From Candidatus Kapaibacterium sp. (lineage in GTDB: Bacteria > Bacteroidota > Ignavibacteria > Kapaibacteriales > UBA2268): a stretch of 64,000 nucleotides of DNA. Both the position numbers and the translations under genes were made by a program. The stretch spans positions 1,888,001 to 1,952,000 of the forward strand of contig OY762428.1 in assembly GCA_963665665.1 (NCBI GenBank), in the 5' to 3' direction. Below are positions 28,952 to 38,098 of the stretch, one piece after another. The notes under the pieces are model-generated. The model saw nothing but the letters and a program-made list of their open reading frames with translations, ran no database searches and was not told the origin of the DNA. Position 1 is the stretch's first letter. Every line of letters begins with the position of its first letter.

Positions 28952-30008
28952 GAAGATACCCGAAAAGCCCGGTGTATATAAGTTTTTTGATGCTCATGGG
29001 AATATCATTTATATTGGGAAATCAGTTAATCTTCGCCAAAGGGTTAGCAGCTATTTTTCCCATAATATATTTAATTATGGCATAAATAACCGAAACGGTT
29101 TTCATAGCGCGAATAAAGAACCGGATATATTTTTTACTAATAAGGGAATATCCAATTCTCCGGGGCTGAATACGCGAACAAGGATAATGATCAATAGTAT
29201 CGAAAGGTTTGAAACAGATGAAACGGGCAGCGAACTCGAAGCTTTGTTGCTGGAAGACAGGTTGATCAAGGAATACATGCCGGCTTACAATGTTCAGCAG
29301 AAAGAATTTAATTCTTATTGCAGTATAAATCTCTCAAATGATGATTTCCCAAGCCTTAAAATTGAAAATATTAGCAGTAATAAGCACAGCAATCCTAATT
29401 TTTTATTATTTAAAAACAGATACAGAGCCGAGGAATTTAGCAGGATTGTCAGCAAATATACGGGCATAAGAACCTGTGCTGATAAAACTCCCTTATTACA
29501 CTGTATGAATTATGAATTAAGCAATTGTTCTGCTCCTTGCAGGAAATGTATAAGCACTGAAGACTATCTGAATATTGTTGATGAGTGCAGAAATATATTA
29601 TCCGGGAATACAGATCATATACAGAAAAAAATGGAAACTAAAATGCAGAAATTATCTGCGGAACTTAAATTCGAAGAAGCAGGAGAAGTAAAATCGGATT
29701 TAACCATTTTTAAAAAATATTCGTCAAGAATAAAATTTCTCAGGAAATTTGTCTCCGGTATTACGATTTTGAAAGAATTTAATAAAAACGGGCTGGTATT
29801 ATTGTTTAAAAACGGAAACCTGAAAAATATAATAAGGAATAAACTAAAAGATAATGATATTGAACTGATATTAATGTCTGAAGGTTTTAACTCATCAATA
29901 GCTCCAAAACTCAATTTTTATGAACAATTCGATCGTGCAAATATTCTGTATTCCTATGCGAGGAAAAACAGTGATACAGTTAGTTATGAATTTATTCATA
30001 ATACTTAA
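28920..30008 (+). CDS. UvrC N-terminal-like (Cho-like) GIY-YIG nuclease
   Basis: PEKPGVY..IYIGKSVNLRQRVSSYF, ELEALLLE..LIK...P.YN, Cys cluster, UVR (LKFEEA); no RNaseH or HhH domains seen. Confidence 0.82.
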   Translation: MKREQIRKEVKKIPEKPGVYKFFDAHGNIIYIGKSVNLRQRVSSYFSHNIFNYGINNRNGFHSANKEPDIFFTNKGISNSPGLNTRTRIMINSIERFETDETGSELEALLLEDRLIKEYMPAYNVQQKEFNSYCSINLSNDDFPSLKIENISSNKHSNPNFLLFKNRYRAEEFSRIVSKYTGIRTCADKTPLLHCMNYELSNCSAPCRKCISTEDYLNIVDECRNILSGNTDHIQKKMETKMQKLSAELKFEEAGEVKSDLTIFKKYSSRIKFLRKFVSGITILKEFNKNGLVLLFKNGNLKNIIRNKLKDNDIELILMSEGFNSSIAPKLNFYEQFDRANILYSYARKNSDTVSYEFIHNT

Positions 30009-30258
30009 AATCCAAAATCACAGGAGAAAGTAAACTGCAAATAAGCAATCCTGTATCCTTTTGGCTTGCCCAAAAATCTATTCCGGCCTTTGGGACATCA
30101 GATTTCCAAAAATTACTTCAATTTTCAATAAGAATTTCTATCTTTTATATCATACAAACAAAATATTCCATTTAATATCAACTGATTAATATAATCCGAT
30201 AAGTTGAATTAACCGCTTAATCAGAATATGAATCGCAAACAATAATCAGATATCTCCT

Positions 30259-30897
30259 TCACTCTTTATCCAAAAAATCCGGGCGGAAAAAACCGTCGTT
30301 CTTAATGATATTATTTACAGTTTCGCTTTCTTTTATCAGGGGTATTACTTTGTTCAGGTGTGTACGTATCATTTCCAGACGCCTGTTTTCGGATCTCATC
30401 TCAAGTAATTCCTGTTTCTGCCGCAAAGTAAAACCTGATTTGGTAGCAAGGAAAAAGGAAGGAAACTTTGTTTTAAGTTCGTCGGTAATTATTTTATCCA
30501 TTTTCAGATCGGGAATGCTATCTACTATCAGGTTGAACATATTTACACAATTTCTAAGCAGGTATAAATTAAGTTCATCAATTTCATCTTCTAAGTAATC
30601 GATATTGCCGACATAATATCCGAATTCCGACTCCGAAAAATTGTTCAGCCTGTATCGCTGTACTCCTTCCACAAGGACATCCATTCTTCCGTCGCTATAT
30701 TTCTTTATCAGGCTGTCCACCCTTGCAGTAGTGCCAATATTGTGCAGTTTGTCGTCATTTAGATTTATTCCGAAAACGGTTTCATTTGCCATGCAGTCCG
30801 ATATCAATATCTTATATCTTTCCTCGAAAATATGCAGTGGAATGATCGATTCCGGAAATATCACGATTTTTAGCGGAAACAAAGGTAATTCAGTCAT
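30259..30897 (-). CDS. LON peptidase substrate-binding domain protein
   Basis: LPLFPL.IVIFP...PLHIFEERYK, IGT.A, DGRMD, QKQELLE. Confidence 0.88.
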   Translation of the reverse strand: MTELPLFPLKIVIFPESIIPLHIFEERYKILISDCMANETVFGINLNDDKLHNIGTTARVDSLIKKYSDGRMDVLVEGVQRYRLNNFSESEFGYYVGNIDYLEDEIDELNLYLLRNCVNMFNLIVDSIPDLKMDKIITDELKTKFPSFFLATKSGFTLRQKQELLEMRSENRRLEMIRTHLNKVIPLIKESETVNNIIKNDGFFRPDFLDKE

Positions 30898-30989
30898 TAA
30901 AAACAGGAGATTGATGAATAATATTTTTATTAAGATATTTATAAGTTGAAATAAAAACAAATAATTTTGTGAAAGTCCGTGTGATGGCC

Positions 30990-31328
30990 TTAAAGGAACT
31001 GCTTCCATTCTTCCGGCTGGTATCCGATTACCGCTTTATTTTTGTTTCTGACAACAGGTGTTTTCATTATCAGAGGATCATCCAGTATCTCTTCATAAGC
31101 ATCATAAACCATGAATGCAAGGTTCCTTTTTTTGAATTGTTTGCTATTCTCATCTATAAGTTCCTCCGGACTTGAGTTCCTGCAAATATTGTTCAGCTCG
31201 CCTTTGCTAAGTTTCTTCTCGTTTAAATCAAGGAACTGCACCTGTATTTTTCTCTCCTTGAAAAACCGCAATGCTTTCTGAGTATCTTTACATTTTTTCG
31301 TGCCAACTACCTGTACTTGCATGATCAT
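30990..31328 (-). CDS. ArsC/Spx family protein
   Basis: GTKKCKDTQKALRFFKER, P.IMKTPVVR. Confidence 0.88.
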   Translation of the reverse strand: MIMQVQVVGTKKCKDTQKALRFFKERKIQVQFLDLNEKKLSKGELNNICRNSSPEELIDENSKQFKKRNLAFMVYDAYEEILDDPLIMKTPVVRNKNKAVIGYQPEEWKQFL

Positions 31329-31333
31329 TTCCT

Positions 31334-32098
31334 TTATTCAAACAAATTATCGCTAATTACAAATGTAATAAATTCCGACGGAACAAAACAAAACCCGTCC
31401 TCAGTATGAATATTATTCGAGTATTTGAATGATTCTGCTATAACAAAAAAGGGGAGCAGGCTGCTGTTCTGCCGGGCAAGTTCCAAACTGGGTATCCCGT
31501 TAACAGCTCCGCCAGATCTTATCAGCATATCAGCACCAATTAAAATGGCAGTACCCCGGGTGATTGCGTGTGAAATATTTTCATCGGGAACAATATCACA
31601 GATGATATTATGTTGCCCGCATTTTTCCGCCATTTGTTTGCCGAAACTTTTGTCTTTCCATAAAGATTCGATGGCTATAACTTCAAATTCAATACCTGAT
31701 TGTTTTGCTGACCTGAACAAATTAAGAACTGTTCCGCTGTATGAGCATGTAATAATTTTCTGGTGATCCCTGCTCCTGAAAATTTTATCAATGCCAATAT
31801 TAATTATATCCCGTTTGGCTCTATCCATTAGCTGCAAAATTTGCTCGTAAACGTAATTATTGTTATCAGAATTTTTATATTTTTCAGCCGCAAATTTGAT
31901 GATATTTTTGGGTGCAGCCATAGCAGGCTTTACTTTCAGAAGTAATTGCTCAATGTTTTCCTGATCAATGCCTGATTTTAAAGCAGTGTCAAATATTTTC
32001 AAAACTTCTCGGGCTATATTAGTGCTTCCGTTTGAAAAATCACTATTAATATTTGTTATACGTTTTAATATTTCAGCAGGGATTACTATTTCATGCAT
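31334..32098 (-). CDS. eIF-2B alpha/beta/delta family (IF-2B) protein
   Basis: KPAMA, ITCSYSGTV, ES....G..MA, IGAD.....G..NG.S, AESFK. Confidence 0.8.
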   Translation of the reverse strand: MHEIVIPAEILKRITNINSDFSNGSTNIAREVLKIFDTALKSGIDQENIEQLLLKVKPAMAAPKNIIKFAAEKYKNSDNNNYVYEQILQLMDRAKRDIINIGIDKIFRSRDHQKIITCSYSGTVLNLFRSAKQSGIEFEVIAIESLWKDKSFGKQMAEKCGQHNIICDIVPDENISHAITRGTAILIGADMLIRSGGAVNGIPSLELARQNSSLLPFFVIAESFKYSNNIHTEDGFCFVPSEFITFVISDNLFE

Positions 32099-32206
32099 TA
32101 TTATGGCATTAAATTTGTGATAAATATTTTGCTAATATTAATAAAATTTATGAAATATTCATAAATTTTATATTTTAGAAGAAATGAATGAACCAGGGCG
32201 GTAGTA

Positions 32207-34147
32207 GTGAAAATAAAAAAGTCAATAGATCAGAAGGAATACCTGAAGGAAGACCTGAAATTCAATAGTAAGCTGACAACAGCAAATAGTATTGAAGATG
32301 ACGGGCTTGATAATCTTGAAGGACTAACCAAAAAGATCCGAAAGGAATACGATCAAGCACTGCTGATTTCCGAAGGCCCGAATTTTGAGCAATCTATTGA
32401 AATGTTCGAATCGATTCTTGAAGCCCTGCCAAGGCATTATCCTGCACTGTACAAGCTGGCATGGGTGAAGCTGAAAATGAATTACAGGGCCGAGTCACTT
32501 AAAATTTGTAATAAACTTGTTGAGATCCTTCCTACCCATGCAGAGACCTTCAACCTTCAGGGGACGGTATTTGCTCTTGATAAAGATTATTACCAGGCAA
32601 TTATTTCTTTCAGGAAATCCATTGATATTGACGGCGAATATTTCGATGCTTTCAGAAATCTCGGCGTTGTTTACTCTTCGGTAAAGAAATATAAAGACAG
32701 CAATGTGTGTTTTGCAAAATGCCTTAAGCTCGATCCTAAACACGCACTTTCGTATTTCAATATTGGCTATAATCATTATTTTCTTGGCAACTATGCTAAA
32801 GCAGTTGAAGCTTTCAAAAAAACAATAAGTTTCAATGATAAATTTACCAACGCCTACCACAATCTTTTTCTGACTTATTATAAAATGGGTGATTTTGACA
32901 GGGCTATTGATACGCTTGACAGAATAATGATGCTGAATCCAAAATACCCAAAGAAGGATTTTAAATATGGCCTTTGCAATTATAATCTCAGCAATTTTTC
33001 GAAAGCCTCAGATCTTTTCAGAAAATCAGTAGAAATTGATGCCAATGATGAAGATGCGCAATATCTTCTTGCAAAATCATTATTCAAGCAAAATAAATAT
33101 GAAGAAGCTATAAAAGAATTTGACGAACTGCGGCTGATGAATCCTGATACAAGGGAAGGAATGATTGAAACGGCAGTTTGCTACTGGTATCTTGGCGATG
33201 TGGATAAAGGCATTGACGTATTACTGGATATTGTCAGCGTTGACAGCAAATCCTATATTGCACATATATGGCTTGGGGTGATGTATATAACAAAGAAAGA
33301 TTATGCCAACTCTCTGAATTCTTTTAAAAGAGCGCGGGCAGTTAATCCTGAGATTGTGGATGCACATATCGGTATAGGCATATTGCATATTATGCACGAC
33401 AGGTTCCTGGATGCCATTCAATCTTTCCAATATGCTTCCACACTCGATCCATCATTGGCGGTTGCCTATTTCGGCCTGGGCGAAGCACATCTGAGAATTG
33501 CGCAGGAATCAGGATCAAAGTATGAATGTACGGTAGCTATCCTTGCATTTAAAGAAGTACTCAGATTTAATTCCGGGAATGCCTCGGCACTTATCAAAAT
33601 TGGTATGGCTTATGACAAAATGCAGCAGTATAACAAGGCTATTGAATTTTTCCTGAAAGCAAAGGACCTTCAGCCGGATAATTCCGAGGCGGATCTTCAG
33701 CTCGGGCTGGCATGTGCTCACAACGGACGTTATCAGGCAGCTCTCAGATATTTAAAAGCAGCTGTAACCAAGAATCCTGATAATCCTTCTGCACTATTCC
33801 ATTATGGCCTTATGCTTGGGTATCTGGAACGAAACAATGAGGCAATTGCTGCCCTGGAAAAAAGTATTCGCCTGGTACCCGATTTCGCTGAAGCATACAG
33901 CAGCCTTGGTAAAGTATTCCAGAATACAGAGGACTACAACCAGGCAGTTGGTTTCTTTACAAAAGCAATAGAACTCAGGCCCGACCTTGCAATCGCATTA
34001 TATAATCTTGGAGTTGCCTACCTGGAAATGGATATGCTGAAAGAAGCATTACAGAAATATGAGGATTTGAAATTTATTGATCAGGAAACAGCAGACTTAT
34101 TAAATACTAAGATTGAAATATACCGCCAGAAGAAAAAGAAAAAATGA
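32207..34147 (+). CDS. Large TPR repeat protein
   Basis: Continuous 34-aa TPR motifs. Confidence 0.9.
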   Translation: MKIKKSIDQKEYLKEDLKFNSKLTTANSIEDDGLDNLEGLTKKIRKEYDQALLISEGPNFEQSIEMFESILEALPRHYPALYKLAWVKLKMNYRAESLKICNKLVEILPTHAETFNLQGTVFALDKDYYQAIISFRKSIDIDGEYFDAFRNLGVVYSSVKKYKDSNVCFAKCLKLDPKHALSYFNIGYNHYFLGNYAKAVEAFKKTISFNDKFTNAYHNLFLTYYKMGDFDRAIDTLDRIMMLNPKYPKKDFKYGLCNYNLSNFSKASDLFRKSVEIDANDEDAQYLLAKSLFKQNKYEEAIKEFDELRLMNPDTREGMIETAVCYWYLGDVDKGIDVLLDIVSVDSKSYIAHIWLGVMYITKKDYANSLNSFKRARAVNPEIVDAHIGIGILHIMHDRFLDAIQSFQYASTLDPSLAVAYFGLGEAHLRIAQESGSKYECTVAILAFKEVLRFNSGNASALIKIGMAYDKMQQYNKAIEFFLKAKDLQPDNSEADLQLGLACAHNGRYQAALRYLKAAVTKNPDNPSALFHYGLMLGYLERNNEAIAALEKSIRLVPDFAEAYSSLGKVFQNTEDYNQAVGFFTKAIELRPDLAIALYNLGVAYLEMDMLKEALQKYEDLKFIDQETADLLNTKIEIYRQKKKKK

Positions 34148-34172
34148 TATTTTTAAATTTATTGATATACAT

Positions 34173-34202
34173 AAGCCCGGAAATTCGAATATCCGGGCTT
34201 TT
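34173..34202 (+). terminator. Intrinsic terminator
   Basis: AAGCCCGGA-loop-TCCGGGCTTTT. Confidence 0.7.
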
Positions 34203-34472
34203 CTTGTTTATTCAAAAACTGTAATCTTCCAAATCAAGTGGTTTCTGGATTTCTGTAATTATTAATTCCAACCAAAAACAGACATACCCGGCTTATAAAA
34301 TTGTAATTTTTTAAAAAAGCAATTTGATTTTTTATGATTAATAATGTAAATTAGAGTTTGGTAGTGTGTGCGCTAATCTCTTTATTTAATTAAAGATAAA
34401 AATTGCGCCGCCAAAACGCAGCAAAAAGAGATTGTTTAATATATTTAATGCCTATTGGCATGTGGGGGAAAG

Positions 34473-35456
34473 ATGAAAAAGATTCTGCTTCTTGCATTTT
34501 CCGTATTCCTTATATCTAACCTTTTTTCAAAGGCACAGTCGCCTGACGACCTGATTGCCGACTATCTTAAGCTGGTTGCAACCGGCCGTGTTGACGAAGT
34601 GAAAATGGCTCTGCCGGACTTACTGGCAGCATATCCCGAAGACCCGGGTGTAAACCTGGTTCACGGAGTAGTTATCGAGGACGCATTCAGGGCACTTGAT
34701 ATTTACAAAAGGATTATTAATGATTATCCTGACAGTAAATGGGCAGACGATGCTTACTGGCGCGTTGTTCAGTTCTACGCGGTGCTTGGGGATACAACAC
34801 AGGCAAGGATATCTCTTCATAAATTCCGGCAGAACTATCCCGATTCGGAATATATTGGCCCGGCAGCCGATGTTGTTCGATCATCGGTAGGGTTGGCCCG
34901 CAGCGGAAAGAAATCAACAACGAACAGCTACAGGCCTGAGTACAAACCTAAAGAAAGAGTTGTCAGGCATGAAGAGGATGACCTTGTTGATCCTTCTACC
35001 CAGCCGGTAACAAGGATTCAGCGAAAAAAGGAGAAACCTGTTTTTAAATACGAACCTAAAGAAAATACAAACACTATACCTAAAGAAGAGCAGCCGGCTT
35101 CACGCCCTGTGATCACACAGCCGGAAGAAAAATCTGCTGAGCCTGTGAAAACTGACAAAACGCTTGCTAATGTAGAACCTACCCCGGAAACGCAGGTTAA
35201 TAATTCTGAGCCGTCCGGCGAATCAACCGGCTGGGGGCTTCAGGTGGGTATTTATAGCAGTAAAGACGCCGCAGAGGCCGAAATGAGGAAATTCCTGCGC
35301 CAGCGTATGCGTACCGAAGTTTTTCAGAAAGTTATAAACAATGAAATGCTTTATGCAGTTGTTATAGGTAATTATAATTCCAAGGAATCAGCCGAGGCTG
35401 CTAAGCAGATCGTTCAGCAGCAATGCAGTTGCACACCGATTGTTTTTAAAAAATAA
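34473..35456 (+). CDS. Periplasmic TPR + SPOR domain protein
   Basis: Signal peptide, YPDSKWADDA, low-complexity linker, LQVG.YSSKDAA SPOR motif. Confidence 0.85.
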   Translation: MKKILLLAFSVFLISNLFSKAQSPDDLIADYLKLVATGRVDEVKMALPDLLAAYPEDPGVNLVHGVVIEDAFRALDIYKRIINDYPDSKWADDAYWRVVQFYAVLGDTTQARISLHKFRQNYPDSEYIGPAADVVRSSVGLARSGKKSTTNSYRPEYKPKERVVRHEEDDLVDPSTQPVTRIQRKKEKPVFKYEPKENTNTIPKEEQPASRPVITQPEEKSAEPVKTDKTLANVEPTPETQVNNSEPSGESTGWGLQVGIYSSKDAAEAEMRKFLRQRMRTEVFQKVINNEMLYAVVIGNYNSKESAEAAKQIVQQQCSCTPIVFKK

Positions 35457-35486
35457 TTTATTTGATAAATCTATAGCTTTTTAATT

Positions 35487-35517
35487 AAAAGGGTATTCTG
35501 CCGGGAATACCCTTTTT
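35487..35517. terminator. Bidirectional terminator
   Basis: AAAAGGGTATTC-loop-GAATACCCTTTTT between convergent genes. Confidence 0.8.
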
Positions 35518-35555
35518 GTGCTCATAATTTCTATACTTAGTATGGATAAAGTTTA

Positions 35556-36020
35556 TCAATTAAACGACGGGAATGAGCCCTTTACACAGATTGGAACTTT
35601 AGTAATTACACCAATATCCATCACGCTGTTGTCTTTTATCAGCGCGGCATCCCAGTATGTAAACAGCATATAACCCATATACAATCCTGTTTGCAGGCCG
35701 AATTTCACATCGAGGTCTTCTTTCCGGATAAGCGCAGCCCCGCCAAGCTTTGCCCCGGCAAGCAGAAATGATGTTTCCAGGCAGGCCGATACCTTAATAT
35801 CCTTGTTCATTATGTCAATATTCACTACGCCGCCATATATAAATGTAATATCATCATAAGCTGTCAGGCTGATTTCCGGGCCGTACATAAAATCAACTTC
35901 TCCCGCGCCGAGCCTCCAGCCGAATTTCATTCCCACATTCAAAAACATATCCCTTTGGGCTATCATATTGGTAGTTGAAAATAATAACAGGATTAAGGGT
36001 AACAATATCAGTTTTTTCAT
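35556..36020 (-). CDS. Hypothetical small outer-membrane beta-barrel-like protein
   Basis: Signal peptide, alternating beta strands; paralogue adjacent. Confidence 0.65.
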   Translation of the reverse strand: MKKLILLPLILLLFSTTNMIAQRDMFLNVGMKFGWRLGAGEVDFMYGPEISLTAYDDITFIYGGVVNIDIMNKDIKVSACLETSFLLAGAKLGGAALIRKEDLDVKFGLQTGLYMGYMLFTYWDAALIKDNSVMDIGVITKVPICVKGSFPSFN

Positions 36021-36074
36021 TGTTTTTTTCTCTGTAATATTTAAAGAAAATAGTTAAATTTTGATAAAATTGAA

Positions 36075-36533
36075 TTACATGTGTGGCAGGCTGCCGGACA
36101 ATCTCAACGGGGCTTTCAGTATCCCGCCCCAGTCCTCTACCGTAATTTTATTACCGAAAAAAGCTTTCTCCCAGTATATATAAGCCAATAGTCCTGTATA
36201 AACACCTGTTTGCAGGCCGAAGTTCAAATCTAAATCCTTTTTCCTTATTAGCATAGCGCCTCCGAGTTTAGCGCCGATAATGAAAAATGAGCCTTGTAAG
36301 CTGGTCGAAATTTTTATATGCTCATTCATAATGTCAATATTAAAGACGCCGCCCAGAGATGCGAACGAGCCTTTCGTCAGGCTGATCTCAGGGCCGTACA
36401 TAAAATCAACTTCTTTTGTGCCCAGCCGCCAGCCGAATTTTACTCCGATGTTGAGAAAAAGAGGTTCTTCAGCAAATAATTCCGCTGATGATAATAGTAA
36501 TAGAAATAATGGTATTATAAATAACTTTTTAAT
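36075..36533 (-). CDS. Paralogue of 35556-36020 with ATT in place of the start codon
   Basis: Frame extends upstream of the listed ORF: IKKLFIIPLFLLLLSSAELFAEEPLFLNIGVKFGWRLG..EVDFMYGPEISLT. Confidence 0.6.
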   Translation of the reverse strand: MKKLFIIPLFLLLLSSAELFAEEPLFLNIGVKFGWRLGTKEVDFMYGPEISLTKGSFASLGGVFNIDIMNEHIKISTSLQGSFFIIGAKLGGAMLIRKKDLDLNFGLQTGVYTGLLAYIYWEKAFFGNKITVEDWGGILKAPLRLSGSLPHM

Positions 36534-36554
36534 TGTTTCTTACCTTCTATTATT

Positions 36555-37166
36555 TTAAATTTTGAATTTAATATATATGTACAAAAATTGAGGCCATTCC
36601 TTATCGGCAGAATTTAGCGACGAGCCCCCCACATTAAAATCCAGGCTAACATTATCAATTGCCCTATATGATAATCCGATCAATTTCGAATCGCTAAGCC
36701 TATATACCAGTTCTATTCCTAAATCCACTGCTCCATAAAATCTGTTTTGAACTGTTAACGCCATACCCAGGTGAAAAGCCATCCCTATATTCTCACTATC
36801 TGAAAGCTTCATCGAGTTAACTTTTAATGATAACGAATGAATAATACCTGAATAATATTCATCATTCAATTTCCAATAATTTCTGTCAGCGTGTTTATTA
36901 TTGTCTTTTGCAGCGTACCAGTTAAAATTCATCAATTCAAAAGATATTAGAGAGTTGTCAGAGGGGAAATATTCGAGTCCTAAAAGAATGGAAGCGCCGG
37001 GGGAAAATGGCCAATCATGATTTGTTAGAATGGCTCCAGCCCCTGCGGAAACAAATAGTCCGTCATTTATTTCAATTGTATCCTTAGTATTTGCAGCATT
37101 CGCTTCTTTTGCACAGAAAATAATAAATAGAATTAGTGTGAAGTAAGGCAAGCACTCTTTTTTCAT
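36555..37166 (-). CDS. Hypothetical outer-membrane beta-barrel protein
   Basis: Signal peptide, NWYAAK motif shared with 37451-38098, C-terminal YIKFKI. Confidence 0.65.
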   Translation of the reverse strand: MKKECLPYFTLILFIIFCAKEANAANTKDTIEINDGLFVSAGAGAILTNHDWPFSPGASILLGLEYFPSDNSLISFELMNFNWYAAKDNNKHADRNYWKLNDEYYSGIIHSLSLKVNSMKLSDSENIGMAFHLGMALTVQNRFYGAVDLGIELVYRLSDSKLIGLSYRAIDNVSLDFNVGGSSLNSADKEWPQFLYIYIKFKI

Positions 37167-37167
37167 A

Positions 37168-37443
37168 TCAAATCCGGAAAAATATTACAATGATTTAATC
37201 GGTAAAACTATTATTTACAACATCTTATTCATATGCTTCTTAGCAGTAAGAATCTGTATTATATCCGCTCGACTCAAAATAATCATAATTGTCAGTAATA
37301 CTCTCCAATTATTTGCTGAATTGTGATTTCAATAAATTATATGCTTCTATTGTAATTCTTGAGTGAACGTACTTGTTATCATGTGCATGTATCGTGTTAT
37401 ACACCAAAAATATTTGTGATAAAGGCAATAAAAATAATTTCAT
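37168..37443 (-). pseudogene. Decayed secreted-protein gene
   Basis: MKLFLLPL...AHDNKYVHSRITIEAYNLLK, followed by several in-frame stops. Confidence 0.35.
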
Positions 37444-37450
37444 AACTTTT

Positions 37451-38098
37451 TCATATTTTAAACCTGTAATAGCAATTAATCATATAAAGGTCGGGAACAT
37501 AGCTCGTGCTGCTGCAACCAGCCGGGCAAAAATGAAAATCAAACATCCTTCTGTAAGTGAGAGAAAGTTGAAAGCGTTTATTAAGCCTGTAATATACAGC
37601 GCCGCCGAAATCCAGGTCCCTATAATCATTATCGCTTGCAAACAGAGGGAAGCCAAAGTGAAGTGAAAGCCTGACCGGCCATTCCCGGGGCAACAGATAT
37701 ACTTTTGGGGCAAGAAAGACAGCCCACGCTGAATAGATGTCAGAAGAAACATGAGTATAAGTACTAAGATTATACTCTTTGGCACCCTCTCTTTTTGCGG
37801 CATACCAGTTGTGGCCGTATATTTCGAAAGCGGCATAGTGAGATGAAAACACCGGTATTTCGAAGCCCAGGGCGGCCGCTATTCCGGCTTTCATTGTCCT
37901 GCCGTAAACATCCTTATCATTTGCTATACCAAGTCCGGCGATTGCCACAAGGTAGTAATCATCAGGCAATATTTCCGATGGCCTTTTCTGCGGCTCCGTT
38001 TTACGGAGTTCTGATAATGTCTTCGGGGCATCGCCGGTTTCCCGGGAAAAGGAACAGCCGAACCCAAAAAAGAATATGGCAATTACCATGAATTTCAT
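37451..38098 (-). CDS. Hypothetical lipoprotein/beta-barrel protein
   Basis: Signal ending FGC, NWYAAK, DLDFG..VYYRL, C-terminal YRFKI. Confidence 0.65.
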   Translation of the reverse strand: MKFMVIAIFFFGFGCSFSRETGDAPKTLSELRKTEPQKRPSEILPDDYYLVAIAGLGIANDKDVYGRTMKAGIAAALGFEIPVFSSHYAAFEIYGHNWYAAKREGAKEYNLSTYTHVSSDIYSAWAVFLAPKVYLLPREWPVRLSLHFGFPLFASDNDYRDLDFGGAVYYRLNKRFQLSLTYRRMFDFHFCPAGCSSTSYVPDLYMINCYYRFKI

